A stretch of 64,000 nt of DNA from Patescibacteria group bacterium (GCA_028714455.1 JAQTMG010000002.1:102047-166046), one strand, 5' to 3'; counted from the first letter of the stretch, positions 1-10,305 are shown. Notes: a model not told the origin generated them from the sequence alone. Numbers and translations: made by a program.

Positions 1-445
1 TTTTGAAAAAAATATTTATTGCGCAGATTCTGGAAAATACGGAACAACTATATTTTCTGCGAAAAAAATTAATAAAGGTGAAACTGTCTTCATTATTTGC
101 GGTCCAATTATAAAACAGCCATCAATTTATACGGTTCCGATTGATTTTAATTTATATATTGATCCGATTGCGCCTGGTAAATTTCTTAACCATTCCTGCG
201 AACCTAGTTGCGGTATAAAGAATAGGACAGAAATCGTCGCCATGAGAGATCTGGGCAAGGATGAAGAGATAACAATTGATTATGCCATGATTGTTTATAA
301 ATATGATGATCTAAAATTAAAACAGAAAATAGTGTGTAATTGTGGTTCGAAAATATGTAGAGGAAAATTTGGCAGTTTTGAAACTCTGCCAGAAAATTTG
401 CGTGAAAAATATAAAGGTTTTATCTCGGATTATATGATTCAATAA
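1..445 (+). CDS. SET-domain protein (lysine methyltransferase-like), 5' partial
   Basis: Frame is open from the window start. It contains NHSCEPSC (SET core motif) and a C-terminal post-SET Cys cluster CNCGSKICRGKF. Confidence 0.6.
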   Translation, partial: FEKNIYCADSGKYGTTIFSAKKINKGETVFIICGPIIKQPSIYTVPIDFNLYIDPIAPGKFLNHSCEPSCGIKNRTEIVAMRDLGKDEEITIDYAMIVYKYDDLKLKQKIVCNCGSKICRGKFGSFETLPENLREKYKGFISDYMIQ

Positions 446-526
446 ATTATGGATTTTAAAAAAGGCATTTTTCAAGTTCTTTTACAAATGTTTTTAGAAG
501 GAAAGTAAAAAAAGGAGGTCTAGCAA

Positions 527-844
527 ATGGCAACAATACCAATAACAAAGGTGACCAACGAATTTCCGGATTGGGTAAAAGAAGCGCTCATCGGCTTAGA
601 ATTCCCAGTAGTAGAAGTTCCCAATGACCAGCCCTTGCGCGCGCATAATTTTTGGGGACCCCCGATAAATTCACCCCTACTGTCTGAACTATCAGAATCA
701 GTTCATTGCGTGGATGGGGGCGTATTTTTGCAGATTCTGCACGAAAAAAATACGAAAGCCGCTGACTGGCTTGGGACAAAAACCCTTATGGGGTTGGCTC
801 ATTGGGTTGGTATCACCGGGGATAAACTTTTTTTGGTAGATTAA
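527..844 (+). CDS. hypothetical protein (GC-richer, SD-led orphan)
   Basis: Perfect SD AAAAAGGAGG 8 nt upstream of the ATG. Codon GC is higher than in neighbouring genes. A hairpin terminator follows. Confidence 0.5.
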   Translation: MATIPITKVTNEFPDWVKEALIGLEFPVVEVPNDQPLRAHNFWGPPINSPLLSELSESVHCVDGGVFLQILHEKNTKAADWLGTKTLMGLAHWVGITGDKLFLVD

Positions 845-856
845 GCCATTACAAAA

Positions 857-890
857 GGCGAGTTAGAATTCTTTCTACTCGCCTCTTTCT
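857..890 (+). terminator. intrinsic terminator hairpin
   Basis: AGGCGAGT...ACTCGCCT stem followed by a T-rich run. Confidence 0.5.
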
Positions 891-913
891 AAAAGCATTT
901 GTTGATAAATTAT

Positions 914-1831
914 ATGGATTTTAGAAATAACATCCCACTTTCCAAATACACAACCTTTAAAATTGGCGGGGACGCCAAGTATTTTTTTATTGCCAATAAT
1001 TCTGATGAATTAATTAAGGCGATTTCTGACGCGCAAAAAAAGAAAATAAATTACATTGTTTTGGGCGGGGGGAGTAATGTTTTGGTTTCTGATGCTGGCT
1101 TTGACGGTTTGGTTATCATCAATAAAAGTGACGCGATCAAGATTGAAAAAAACATTGTCAAAGCCGGCAGCGGGGTTTTGCTTTTTAATGTTGTCAATAA
1201 AAGCATTGAAAATAATTTGAGCGGACTGGAATGGGCAGCTGGGATTCCGGGCACCATTGGCGGGGCTGTGCGCGGTAACGCTGGCGCGTATAGGGGCCAG
1301 ATGTCAGACAGTATTATTAAAGTTGAAGTTTTAAGAGACGGAAAGATTATTTCTTTGGACAAAAAAGATTGCGGCTATGGTTATCGCCAGTCAATTTTTC
1401 AAAATAATAAAGATTTAATTTTGTCAGTTGAATTGCAGTTGCAAAAAGGGGACAGGGTTGAGAGCGAAAAAAAGATCAAAGAGATTTTGGCTGACAGAAA
1501 AAATAAACAGCCATTGGAATTTCCTTCGGCTGGCAGTGTTTTTAAAAATGTTATGATTGATGACACGATTGATTTAAGCAGGTTTATTAATTTACCCAAA
1601 GAATATTTGGAGTATAAAAAAATACCAGCCGCGTGGCTGATAGATTCATTAGATTTAAGAGGCAAAACAATCGGTGGGGCGCAGATTTCCACCAAACATG
1701 CCAATTTCATTATTAATACTGGCAAAGCCAATGCCAATGATGTAATTCAACTCATTAGTTTGGTTAAAATGAAAGTGCGCAATAAATATGAGATTGAGCT
1801 GCACGAAGAGGTTGAATACGTGGGATTTTAA
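914..1831 (+). CDS. murB: UDP-N-acetylenolpyruvoylglucosamine reductase MurB
   Basis: FAD-binding GGGSNVL motif and MurB-like C-terminus. The ATG at 914 is preferred over the upstream TTG at 899 used by the ORF track. Confidence 0.8.
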   Translation: MDFRNNIPLSKYTTFKIGGDAKYFFIANNSDELIKAISDAQKKKINYIVLGGGSNVLVSDAGFDGLVIINKSDAIKIEKNIVKAGSGVLLFNVVNKSIENNLSGLEWAAGIPGTIGGAVRGNAGAYRGQMSDSIIKVEVLRDGKIISLDKKDCGYGYRQSIFQNNKDLILSVELQLQKGDRVESEKKIKEILADRKNKQPLEFPSAGSVFKNVMIDDTIDLSRFINLPKEYLEYKKIPAAWLIDSLDLRGKTIGGAQISTKHANFIINTGKANANDVIQLISLVKMKVRNKYEIELHEEVEYVGF

Positions 1832-2083
1832 AAAAAATCGGGGATGAACTGGGCAAAAATTCATCCCCGCAGACAAGGAGGAGTGTTTCTCTATTTATTT
1901 TTTATATAGCCCGCTCCAAGAAAAAGGGGGGGCCAAATCGACGTGGTGGTTGGGCCGTTTCACGAGGGGAGCCCGAGGTACGCCGATTTGACCCCGTCCC
2001 AAAGGAGTATGATTAATTTACTACATGTGATATTTTCTGTCAAATGATTGAATTTTTTTATTTTTAGTGATAAATTATTATAT

Positions 2084-2368
2084 ATGAAACTGACAAAACA
2101 AGAAGTCGAAAAAATTGCCAAACTCTCGCGTTTGGAGTTAACAGAGGCAGAAAAAGAATTGTATGCCAATCAGCTGACAAAAGTTTTAGATTATGTGGAT
2201 AAATTAAAGGAAATTAATACTGAAAATGTGCCAATCACGGCGCAGGTGACTGGCTTGGAAAATGTTTATCGAGGGGATGAGATTGACCAATGCGATTTTC
2301 AAAAAGATCTAATAAATCAATCAACAGAACACGAGGATAATTTAATTAAGACAAAGAGTGTATTTTAA
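2084..2368 (+). CDS. gatC: Asp/Glu-tRNA amidotransferase subunit C
   Basis: MKLTKQEVEKIAKLSRLELTEAEKE is the typical GatC N-terminus. The ORF-track start at 2048 is probably too early. Confidence 0.8.
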   Translation: MKLTKQEVEKIAKLSRLELTEAEKELYANQLTKVLDYVDKLKEINTENVPITAQVTGLENVYRGDEIDQCDFQKDLINQSTEHEDNLIKTKSVF

Positions 2369-2370
2369 CC

Positions 2371-2455
2371 GCCCTTTGTCATTCCGAACCGCAGTGAGGA
2401 ATCCAGGACTTATGGATTCCACGCTACGCTCTGAATGACTATTGCGACAAAGGGC
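2371..2455. repeat. solo palindromic element related to the inverted repeats that flank the GIY-YIG gene at 59.7 kb
   Basis: GTCATTCCGAACCGCAGTGAGGAATCC and GGATTCCACGCTACGCTCTGAATGAC are nested inside CCCTTTGTC/GACAAAGGG arms. The arms match the repeats at 59694-59721 and 60075-60099. Confidence 0.6.
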
Positions 2456-2463
2456 ATTAATTT

Positions 2464-3921
2464 ATGGAACTTAACCAACTCACAATCAGAGAAGCTCACG
2501 AAAAGCTGCAAAACGGCGAGATTTCCAGTTTAGAATTGGTCAATGCTTGCATTGAGCGCATCAAAAAGACTGACAAAAAGTTGCACTGCTTTTTAGCCAC
2601 TGATTTTGATAACGCGATTAAACAAGCCAAGGAGGTTGATAAGAAAATCAAAAAAGGCGAGAAAATAAAAATGCTGGAAGGTATTCCTTGCGGCATTAAG
2701 GATTTGATTTTAACCAAAGGCATTACCACAACTGCTTCTTCAAAAATGCTGGAACATTATGTGCCCTTGTTTGACGCCACGGTCATTAAGCGACTAAAAG
2801 ATAACGGCGCCATTATTTTAGGCAAGCAAAATTGCGATGCCTGGGGTCATGGCGGTTCAACTGAAAATTCAGATTATGGACCAACGCATAACCCCTGGGA
2901 TTTAACTAGGGTACCAGGGGGTTCTTCTGGCGGCAGCGCAGCTGCTACTGTTTCTGACCAGGTTATTTATTCATTGGGTACAGATACTGGTGGTTCAATC
3001 CGCTGTCCGGGAGCGCATTGTGGCGTGGTTGGCTTTAAGCCCACTTATGGCCGAGTACCGCGTTTTGGCGCCGTGGCCATGGGTTCTTCTTTGGACACAA
3101 TCGGACCGCTCGCCAAATGCGTTGATGATGCAGCCATTGTTTTAAACGCCATTGCCGGCCTGGACGCTAATGATGGCACAACCCTACCTAAACCAGTGCC
3201 TGACTACACTAAAATGAAAGATAAAGGCGTGAAAGGCCTGACCATTGGTTTACCCAAAGAGGCGTTTGGCAAGGGCTTGCAACCAGAAGTTAAAGCGGCA
3301 ATTGACAAAGCAGTTGAAGATTTGAAAAAGCTGGGCGCGAAATTTAAAGAGGTCTCTTTGAAATATATTGATTATGGCTTGGCTTGTTATTACATTATTA
3401 TGCCTTCAGAGGTTTCTTCAAATTTGGGAAGATATGACGGCATTAGATATGGCCATCAATCAAAGGAAGCTGATAATTTGTTTGAAGTTTATACCAAATC
3501 ACGCGCCGAGGGTTTTGGCGCCGAAGCCAAGCGCAGAATCATGATCGGCACTTATGTTTTGTCAGCCGGTTATTATGACGCTTATTATAAAAAAGCCATG
3601 CAAGTGCGCACCCTGATTAAAGAGGATTTTGAAAAAGTTTTGAGCGAAGTTGATTTGATTTTAATGCCCACCTCGCCTCGGCCTGCTTTTAAACTCGGCG
3701 AAAATACCAGTGATCCACTGACAATGTATCTGGAAGATATTTATACCGTGACTATAAACATGGCTGGCGTACCAGCTGCTTCAATTCCATGCGGTTTTGT
3801 GAATAATCTGCCAGTTGGTATGCAGCTGATTGCAAAACAATTAGGCGAAGAAAAGATTTTTCAGGCGGCTTATGCTTATGAAGCGGTTAATGGCTGGAAC
3901 AAGGTTAAACCAAAACTTTAA
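2464..3921 (+). CDS. gatA: Asp/Glu-tRNA amidotransferase subunit A (amidase)
   Basis: Amidase signature GGSSGGSAAA with Ser-cisSer-Lys context. Confidence 0.9.
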   Translation: MELNQLTIREAHEKLQNGEISSLELVNACIERIKKTDKKLHCFLATDFDNAIKQAKEVDKKIKKGEKIKMLEGIPCGIKDLILTKGITTTASSKMLEHYVPLFDATVIKRLKDNGAIILGKQNCDAWGHGGSTENSDYGPTHNPWDLTRVPGGSSGGSAAATVSDQVIYSLGTDTGGSIRCPGAHCGVVGFKPTYGRVPRFGAVAMGSSLDTIGPLAKCVDDAAIVLNAIAGLDANDGTTLPKPVPDYTKMKDKGVKGLTIGLPKEAFGKGLQPEVKAAIDKAVEDLKKLGAKFKEVSLKYIDYGLACYYIIMPSEVSSNLGRYDGIRYGHQSKEADNLFEVYTKSRAEGFGAEAKRRIMIGTYVLSAGYYDAYYKKAMQVRTLIKEDFEKVLSEVDLILMPTSPRPAFKLGENTSDPLTMYLEDIYTVTINMAGVPAASIPCGFVNNLPVGMQLIAKQLGEEKIFQAAYAYEAVNGWNKVKPKL

Positions 3922-3938
3922 ACGAAAAAGGAGGGAAA

Positions 3939-4106
3939 ATGAAAAGGACGCTTGCTAATAGGGCAGCTGCTCTTCGACATACTGGAGATGAAGAGAAGAG
4001 GCTATCCCAAATGATTGAGGAGAATGAATACGGCAAAAGGAGAGAAAAATACCGGGAAGAAATTCAAGCTCGCAGGAGGATAATGGCGAAGCATGGCGCA
4101 AGGTAA
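3939..4106 (+). CDS. small hypothetical protein (55 aa, basic), SD-led, GC-richer
   Basis: SD AAAAAGGAGGGAAAATG. Not in the ORF track because it is under 60 aa. Confidence 0.35.
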   Translation: MKRTLANRAAALRHTGDEEKRLSQMIEENEYGKRREKYREEIQARRRIMAKHGAR

Positions 4107-4138
4107 AATAATCCTGACGACAAAAAAGGAGGAAAGAA

Positions 4139-4366
4139 ATGAGAGAAAAAGTAGATCGCAAGGCTAAATTAGCACCCCCAGGTTCAGAACGGGAAAAGTT
4201 TTTTGAGCGCCCTGGCCTGATATCTGTTAATCTGGGACCAGAAGGAATCGACGAGAAGACAGCGAAGAAGTTGAATCAACTCATGAAAGACATCGACGCA
4301 GGAAAAGTAAAGGAGGGTATTCCCGAAAAGGTGCTGGAAAGGGATAAAAGACTCAAGATGGTCTAG
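4139..4366 (+). CDS. small hypothetical protein (75 aa), SD-led, GC-richer
   Basis: SD AAAAAAGGAGGAAAGAAATG, followed by a hairpin terminator. Confidence 0.45.
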   Translation: MREKVDRKAKLAPPGSEREKFFERPGLISVNLGPEGIDEKTAKKLNQLMKDIDAGKVKEGIPEKVLERDKRLKMV

Positions 4367-4372
4367 TCGATC

Positions 4373-4401
4373 AAGAGGAAGCGCAAGCTTCCTCTTTTTT
4401 T
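4373..4401 (+). terminator. intrinsic terminator
   Basis: AGAGGAAG-CGCAAG-CTTCCTCT followed by T7. Confidence 0.6.
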
Positions 4402-4404
4402 ATC

Positions 4405-4513
4405 TTGACAAAATATTCTCCTTATGATAAGTTCTTTAAGTGCATATGGCCCTCCCAAGTCAGTATGCACGCTGACGCGCCGACCTGTCACCACCAGGTC
4501 GGCGCATTTTTTT
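4405..4513 (+). ncRNA. candidate small RNA transcription unit (promoter, two hairpins, terminator)
   Basis: TTGACA at 4405, then a plausible -10 TAAGTT at a 17-nt spacing. Hairpin GTGCATA...TATGCAC. Terminator GCGCCGACCTG...CAGGTCGGCGC followed by T7. No ORF. Confidence 0.3.
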
Positions 4514-4557
4514 ATTCTCTAAAATCGTATATTTTGCTAAAATAGAAACAGCGCGTT

Positions 4558-4642
4558 ATTAGGTGATTAGTAGAGTGTGATTAGTGACTAATATCCATTC
4601 ACTCTCCACCAAACCCTCCACGCTCCACACTCAACGCTAAAC
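4558..4642. repeat. MITE-like intergenic repeat, copy 1
   Basis: Shares GTGATTAGTGAC(T/C)AATATCCA(T/A)T(C/T)ACTCTCCAC and CTCCAC/CTCAAC-rich tails with the copies at 10198, 21026 and 34659. Confidence 0.6.
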
Positions 4643-4660
4643 CAGCGAAAAAATATATTT

Positions 4661-6862
4661 ATGATTAAAAAAACCTATCATGTCCAGGGCATGGATTGCG
4701 CGGCTTGCGCTGTCCAGATTGAAAAAAAATTAAGTAAAATGCCTGAAATAAAAAAAGTCGTGGTTAATTTGGCCACTGGCATGCTTAATATTGAATCAGA
4801 CAATGAGATTCCTTTTGAAGTTTTGCAAAAAGCTGTCGAGGATATTGGTGCTTATAAATTGCACAAAATGGAACCTGGCGCGGCCGGACACGAACACGGC
4901 GCGATGTTGAAAGAAGCGGAAATTAAGAAATTAAGAAATAAAACGATTTTTGGCGTGATTATTTCTGTCCTGGTGATGATTCTGTCTTATTCTCAATTTA
5001 TTCCAATTCTTAATCAGATTTCAAATAATGTTATAAACCTTTTACTTTTGGTTCTGGCCGCGGCCGTGCAGATCTGGTTGGGTTGGCAGTTTTACAAAAG
5101 CACCTGGGGTAGTTTAAAAAGCTTTAACTCGAACATGGATACCTTGATTGCTCTAGGCACGACAAGCGCTTTTGTTTATTCTTTAGCAGCCGTGATTTAT
5201 TCAATAATTAGTAATCAAAATGTTGGCACCTATTTTGACACGGCTGTTGTAATCTTAACTTTAATTATTTTGGGCAAATATCTGGAAGCCAGGGCCAAGG
5301 GCAAGGCCTCTGATGCTATTAAGAATTTAATTAAACTCCAGGCCAAAATTGCGCACCTCATGGTTAATGGGGTGGAAAAAGAAATTGAGCTTGATCAAGT
5401 TAAAATTGGCGATTTAATCATCGTCAGACCCGGTGAAAAAATTCCGGTTGACGGTGAAATTGTTGAGGGCGAATCCTCGATTGACGAAAGCATGATTACT
5501 GGCGAAAGTTTGCCGGTTGATAAAAAGATTGGCGATAAAGTAATTGGTTCAACAATAAATAAATCCGGCTCTTTTACTTTTAAAGCGGAAAAAGTCGGCG
5601 CTGACACTGTTTTGGCCCAGATCATTAAATTGGTTGGCGAAGCCCAGGGCACAAAAGCGCCCATTCAAAATCTGGCTGATATAATCTCCGGCTACTTTGT
5701 GCCGATCGTTTTGTTAATTGCCCTATTTACCTTTATTATCTGGCTTATTGCTGGCCAGGCCTTTGTTTTTTCTTTGGTCATGGGAATTTCCGTTTTAATT
5801 ATTGCCTGTCCGTGCGCACTTGGGTTAGCCACACCAACCGCGATTATTGTCGGCACTGGCAAGGGCGCGCAAGAGGGGATTTTAATTAAGAATGCCGAAG
5901 GCCTGGAAAAGGCCGAGAAAATCAACGTACTTTGTTTTGATAAAACAGGCACTCTGACCGAGGGCCAGCCAGAGGTTCTAAACTTTTCAGACGAGGATAC
6001 TTTAAAGATCGCTTATTCGCTGGAGTCAAAATCAGAACATCCTTTTGCCGCCGCCATCACTAAAAAAGCGCTGGAATATAAATTTGAGCCGCAAAAAATA
6101 ATTGGGTTTAAAGCAATCACTGGCCGAGGCATTTTGGCCAGCATTGAAAATGAAAAATATTATCTTGGCAATCAGGAATTTTTAGCCGAGCAGGGGATTG
6201 AGTTGCCGGCCGAGACCAAAGCAAAAATTTTGGCAGAAGAAAATTTGGCGCGCAGCGTTTTACTTTTGGCAGATGAAAAAAAATATCTGGGTTATATTTC
6301 ACTGGCTGATCCGATTAAGGAAAATGCCAAGAGTTCGATAGACTTATTAAAATCAATGAACATCAAGCCGGTTCTGATGACAGGCGACAATTCAAAGACG
6401 GCCGAGGTCGTGGCTGGTATTTTAGGCATCAATGAGTGGTATGCCAAGATCCTGCCAGATGAAAAGCAAAAGAAAATCTTGAGTCTGCAGGCTGATGGTA
6501 ATAAAGTTGGCATGGTTGGCGACGGTATAAATGACGCGCCAGCTTTAACCCAGTCGGACCTGGGCATTGCCATGGCCACCGGCACTGACGTGGCTATTGA
6601 ATCAGCGGACTTTGTTATTTTAAAAGGCGATTTGAATAAAGTTATCAAAGCCTTGGTTCTTTCCAAAAAAACCATGTCCACGATCAGGGGTAATTTGTTC
6701 TGGGCCTTTATCTATAATATTATCGGCATTCCCATCGCCGCCGGCATTTTATTTCCGTCAACTCATCTTTTGCTTTCCCCGACCATTTCAGCCGCGGCCA
6801 TGGCTTTTAGCTCTTTGTTCGTGGTTTTAAATTCCTTATTGCTAAAACGCGCCAGGATATAA
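4661..6862 (+). CDS. copA: copper-translocating P1B-type ATPase
   Basis: N-terminal HMA motif [11 protein letters not shown] transmembrane motif, DKTGTLT phosphorylation site and GDGINDAP hinge. Confidence 0.9.
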   Translation: MIKKTYHVQGMDCAACAVQIEKKLSKMPEIKKVVVNLATGMLNIESDNEIPFEVLQKAVEDIGAYKLHKMEPGAAGHEHGAMLKEAEIKKLRNKTIFGVIISVLVMILSYSQFIPILNQISNNVINLLLLVLAAAVQIWLGWQFYKSTWGSLKSFNSNMDTLIALGTTSAFVYSLAAVIYSIISNQNVGTYFDTAVVILTLIILGKYLEARAKGKASDAIKNLIKLQAKIAHLMVNGVEKEIELDQVKIGDLIIVRPGEKIPVDGEIVEGESSIDESMITGESLPVDKKIGDKVIGSTINKSGSFTFKAEKVGADTVLAQIIKLVGEAQGTKAPIQNLADIISGYFVPIVLLIALFTFIIWLIAGQAFVFSLVMGISVLIIACPCALGLATPTAIIVGTGKGAQEGILIKNAEGLEKAEKINVLCFDKTGTLTEGQPEVLNFSDEDTLKIAYSLESKSEHPFAAAITKKALEYKFEPQKIIGFKAITGRGILASIENEKYYLGNQEFLAEQGIELPAETKAKILAEENLARSVLLLADEKKYLGYISLADPIKENAKSSIDLLKSMNIKPVLMTGDNSKTAEVVAGILGINEWYAKILPDEKQKKILSLQADGNKVGMVGDGINDAPALTQSDLGIAMATGTDVAIESADFVILKGDLNKVIKALVLSKKTMSTIRGNLFWAFIYNIIGIPIAAGILFPSTHLLLSPTISAAAMAFSSLFVVLNSLLLKRARI

Positions 6863-6866
6863 AAAA

Positions 6867-6893
6867 GCCCCGCAGGCACGGGGCTTCATTTTC
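6867..6893 (+). terminator. intrinsic terminator
   Basis: GCCCCG-CAGGCA-CGGGGC followed by a T-run. Confidence 0.6.
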
Positions 6894-7483
6894 TAACAAA
6901 GATCCAATTGGATTGGCAAAAACGCATCAATTATCTTTTTGATTTCGTAATACAGGTATTGGTCAGTTTCCTCGGCAATAGGCAGAATGTAAATTATCGT
7001 CTCCTTTATCTTACGGACCTGCTTCTCTCGGTCGCAAGAGCTTAAAGTCCGCAGATTGTGCAGGCGGTCAACCAGTTTCAGTATCCTGGTTTTATTGTTT
7101 GAGCGGCGGAGCTTTTGGAAATACTTCTGCAACGTTATGCCGTCGCTTAAATCAGTAGCGGATTTTTTAGTCAGAAATTGAACCGCCTTTTTCACCTCCT
7201 TGCCAAAAATGTGCTCAATGTCCCAGAAGTTCAAAATAAAACTGTCTTCGGGTAAATCATGCAGCAGCGCGCTGCAAAGCATTCTGGGGTCGTAGATTTT
7301 CAGCTCGTCAATCAAAATCAGAGCGCAGCTCTTGGGGTGTTCAAAGTACCTTTCGCCGCTTTCACGAGTTTGACCGCGATGGCCGTATTTCGCCAAGACG
7401 TAGGCCAGAATGACCAGATTGAGTTCGCTCGGCAATAACTTATCTTCCAGTTTTTCTATGAATTCTTCTCTGCCAATAGCCAT
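6893..7483 (-). CDS. RelA/SpoT-type HD-domain (p)ppGpp hydrolase (small alarmone hydrolase)
   Basis: HRGQTRESGERYFEHP, LLHDLPEDS and LVDRLHNLRTL match the SpoT HD-domain motifs. No synthetase domain is present. Confidence 0.7.
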   Translation of the reverse strand: MAIGREEFIEKLEDKLLPSELNLVILAYVLAKYGHRGQTRESGERYFEHPKSCALILIDELKIYDPRMLCSALLHDLPEDSFILNFWDIEHIFGKEVKKAVQFLTKKSATDLSDGITLQKYFQKLRRSNNKTRILKLVDRLHNLRTLSSCDREKQVRKIKETIIYILPIAEETDQYLYYEIKKIIDAFLPIQLDLC

Positions 7484-7529
7484 TTTAACCTCCTTTTTAA
7501 AAGAACCGCTGATATTGGAGTTTAATACT

Positions 7530-7548
7530 TGACAAGCTCCTTGTCAAC
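7530..7548. promoter_or_regulatory. perfect palindrome TTGACAAG-CTC-CTTGTCAA in a divergent intergenic region
   Basis: 8-bp arms, candidate operator. A -10 TATAAT lies at about 7575. Confidence 0.3.
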
Positions 7549-7617
7549 ACTTTACATGAAAATTTAAATATTGTATAATAGTGATAATTCGTTTTATTAA
7601 TAATTAATTAAGTTAAT

Positions 7618-8583
7618 ATGAACAAAAAATTTCTAATAGCTTCGCTTCTGGTACTAGTTTTGATATTGTCAGGTTGCGGCATCACAAGTCTGACCCGGGT
7701 TTTGAGCGCTGATGAAGCCAAAGCCAAGGCCGTTGATTTCATCAATAAGAATTTGGTGGCGGCAGGCACCACAGTGACCATAGATAAAGTAACTGAAGAA
7801 AGCGGACTTTACAAGCTGACAGTGACCGTGAACGGCCAGTCAGTCGATTCTTACATGACTAAAGACGGCACTAAATTTTTTACCCAGGCCATTGACATCG
7901 CCCAGGTAGAAAAAGATAACGCGCAAAATAGCGGTCAAGACACCAACACCGCCAAAGAAATACCGAAAAACGATAAGCCAGTCGTTGAACTCTTTGTCAT
8001 GAGCCAGTGTCCCTATGGCACGCAGATTGAAAAAGGCATTATACCGGTCGTTCAAGCCCTTGGTTCAAAAATAGATTTTCAAATAAAATTTGTTGATTAT
8101 GCCATGCATGGAGATGTAGAAATTAAAGAAGAAATGAACCAGGTTTGTATTGAAAAGGATTTCTCCAAAGATTATTTGACCTATCTGCAATGTTTCCTGA
8201 AGGCAGGGGACGGCGCTAGCTGTCTCAAAGAAGCCAAGATTGACACTGCTAAATTAAGTACTTGCGTCAGCGCTTTGGACAAACAATATAGCATCACGGC
8301 TAATGCCGCTGACAAGACAAAGTGGTCCAACGGCACTTATCCTCCCTTTGATGTTAATAAGGCAGATAACGTGAAGTATGGCGTTCAGGGCTCACCCACA
8401 CTGATAATCAACGGTGTTGAATCACAGAGTGCCAGAGATTCAGCCAGTTTATTGAGTGCGATCTGCTCGGGATTTAATACGGCTCCCAGCGGATGCAGCA
8501 CTAAGCTCTCCTCTGACACGCCGGCCGCGGGCTTTGGCACTGGCACTTCTGATACCGCCTCTTCCGCAAGTTGTGGAAATTAA
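7618..8583 (+). CDS. thioredoxin-fold (DsbA-like) lipoprotein with a Ser/Thr/Gly-rich C-terminal tail
   Basis: Signal peptide plus lipobox LSGC. SQCPYG active-site-like motif. VQGSPTLIINGV cis-Pro region typical of the DsbA/thioredoxin fold. Confidence 0.45.
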   Translation: MNKKFLIASLLVLVLILSGCGITSLTRVLSADEAKAKAVDFINKNLVAAGTTVTIDKVTEESGLYKLTVTVNGQSVDSYMTKDGTKFFTQAIDIAQVEKDNAQNSGQDTNTAKEIPKNDKPVVELFVMSQCPYGTQIEKGIIPVVQALGSKIDFQIKFVDYAMHGDVEIKEEMNQVCIEKDFSKDYLTYLQCFLKAGDGASCLKEAKIDTAKLSTCVSALDKQYSITANAADKTKWSNGTYPPFDVNKADNVKYGVQGSPTLIINGVESQSARDSASLLSAICSGFNTAPSGCSTKLSSDTPAAGFGTGTSDTASSASCGN

Positions 8584-8604
8584 AAAAAATCAAATAAATA
8601 AAAA

Positions 8605-8625
8605 GGGCTTAGACGCCCTTTTTAT
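8605..8625 (+). terminator. intrinsic terminator
   Basis: GGGCTTAGACGCCC followed by T5. Confidence 0.55.
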
Positions 8626-8662
8626 GTTTGACCAAAGTGTTGAAAAAATATAAAATTAATCT

Positions 8663-10195
8663 ATGTTTAAGGAAAATAATTACAAAAAATATCTTTATAT
8701 TCTCTCATTTTTTTGCGGCATGACTATCATGGCCGTGGAAATTTCGGCTTCGCGCCTTTTAGCGCCATATTTTGGCACTTCGACTTTTGTCTGGACCAAC
8801 ATCATCGGCGTGATTATGGTGGCTCTGGCCATTGGCTATTTTGTCGGCGGCAAGTTATCCGACAGGCGTCCAGATTTAAACGTTTTGCTCAAAATAATCC
8901 TGGTTTCCTGTATTTTTTTAATGACCATACCCTTTATTACTAGGCCGTTGGTGGAATTTATAACCGGCAGCATCTCAATCTGGCAATCGGCTACGAGTTT
9001 AATCTTTATCGGTTCTCTTCTGACCGTGGTCATCTTGTTTATTTTTCCGATAATCTTACTTGGTATTGTCAGTCCGTTTATAATCAAGCTGCTTTCTCTG
9101 AAAAATGGCAACGTAGGCAATGACGCTGGACTGGTTTTTTCCATCTCAACCGTTGGCAGTATTGCGGGAACTTTTTTGCCAGTGCTGGTTTTTATTCCCT
9201 ATCTCGGCACCAGGAAAACAATTTTAATTTTTTCCTTGTCTTTGCTGGTAATCGCGATTATTGGTTTGTTTCCCAAAAAAATTTCCTTGATTTTTCTTTT
9301 ACTTTTTATTCCTGTCATTGTTTTAAAAATGCCAGCGATCAAATCCGCCAATGCTGTGGCCGAGGGTGAGTCCGTCTATCAATATTATCAGGTGGCTGAC
9401 CAAAATAATTTTAGATATTTAAAAATCAATGAAGGTATGGGCGTTTTTTCCGTGCTTAACAAAAGTTCAGACAGCGTTTTAACTGATTCTTATTTTGATT
9501 ATTATAATATTTTGCCTTACATTGACGGCCAGAGTAAAAAGCAAGATGTCCTTATTTTGGGTTTAGCCGGCGGCACAGTCAGCACCCAGTTGAATCATTT
9601 TTTTGCCAACGACTTTGATCTGCATATTGACGGCGTGGAAATAGACAAAAAGTTAATTGAAACGGCCAAAAAGTATTTTAATTTGGAGAATCCCTCTCTG
9701 ACCATTTACAATTTAGACGGCCGAAATTTTTTAGATTATTACCAAAATAAATATAACGCAGTGGTGATTGATGTTTATTCCAACCAGCTGTATATTTCTT
9801 TCCACCTGACCACCAAAGAATTTTTTGATTTGGTAAAAAATCATCTGAAGCCTCAAGGTATCGTGGCCATGAATGTCAACGCTACAGGTAAAGATTCGGC
9901 GCTTTTAAAAAACATCACCAATACCATGCTTTTGAGTTTTAAAAATGTTTATACGGTCTGGACCAGTAATTACAGCTGGAACTATTTAGTGATCGCCTCT
10001 GATAGCGATTTAGATTTCAAAGATTTGAAAAATATCAAAGTTGATCCGCAGTTAAGATCAATTATTGATAATACCAGACAAAATGTTGAGAGGGTTGAAT
10101 ACGACAACAAATTTGGTTTCCTGACAGACGATAAAGCGCCAATTGAAAATTTGACTGACTGGATGATAATTGATTATGTATATAAGAATATGTGA
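8663..10195 (+). CDS. spermidine/spermine synthase family protein fused to an N-terminal polytopic membrane domain
   Basis: C-terminal LILGLAGG...IDGVEID...VVIDVY matches the aminopropyltransferase fold. About six transmembrane helices at the N-terminus. Confidence 0.6.
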   Translation: MFKENNYKKYLYILSFFCGMTIMAVEISASRLLAPYFGTSTFVWTNIIGVIMVALAIGYFVGGKLSDRRPDLNVLLKIILVSCIFLMTIPFITRPLVEFITGSISIWQSATSLIFIGSLLTVVILFIFPIILLGIVSPFIIKLLSLKNGNVGNDAGLVFSISTVGSIAGTFLPVLVFIPYLGTRKTILIFSLSLLVIAIIGLFPKKISLIFLLLFIPVIVLKMPAIKSANAVAEGESVYQYYQVADQNNFRYLKINEGMGVFSVLNKSSDSVLTDSYFDYYNILPYIDGQSKKQDVLILGLAGGTVSTQLNHFFANDFDLHIDGVEIDKKLIETAKKYFNLENPSLTIYNLDGRNFLDYYQNKYNAVVIDVYSNQLYISFHLTTKEFFDLVKNHLKPQGIVAMNVNATGKDSALLKNITNTMLLSFKNVYTVWTSNYSWNYLVIASDSDLDFKDLKNIKVDPQLRSIIDNTRQNVERVEYDNKFGFLTDDKAPIENLTDWMIIDYVYKNM

Positions 10196-10197
10196 GG

Positions 10198-10305
10198 AGT
10201 TGAGAGTAAGGAGTGGAGGGCTTAGTGGAGAGTAATTGGATGTTGGTCATTAATTACCCTCAACCAATTACCTAACGCTCAACTCTCCACTCTCCACTAT
10301 TTACC
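10198..10305. repeat. MITE-like intergenic repeat, copy 2 (palindromic version)
   Basis: GAGTTGAGAG...CTCAACTCTC arms. Contains AGTGGAGAGTAATTGGAT, the reverse complement of the core in copies 1 and 4. Confidence 0.6.
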
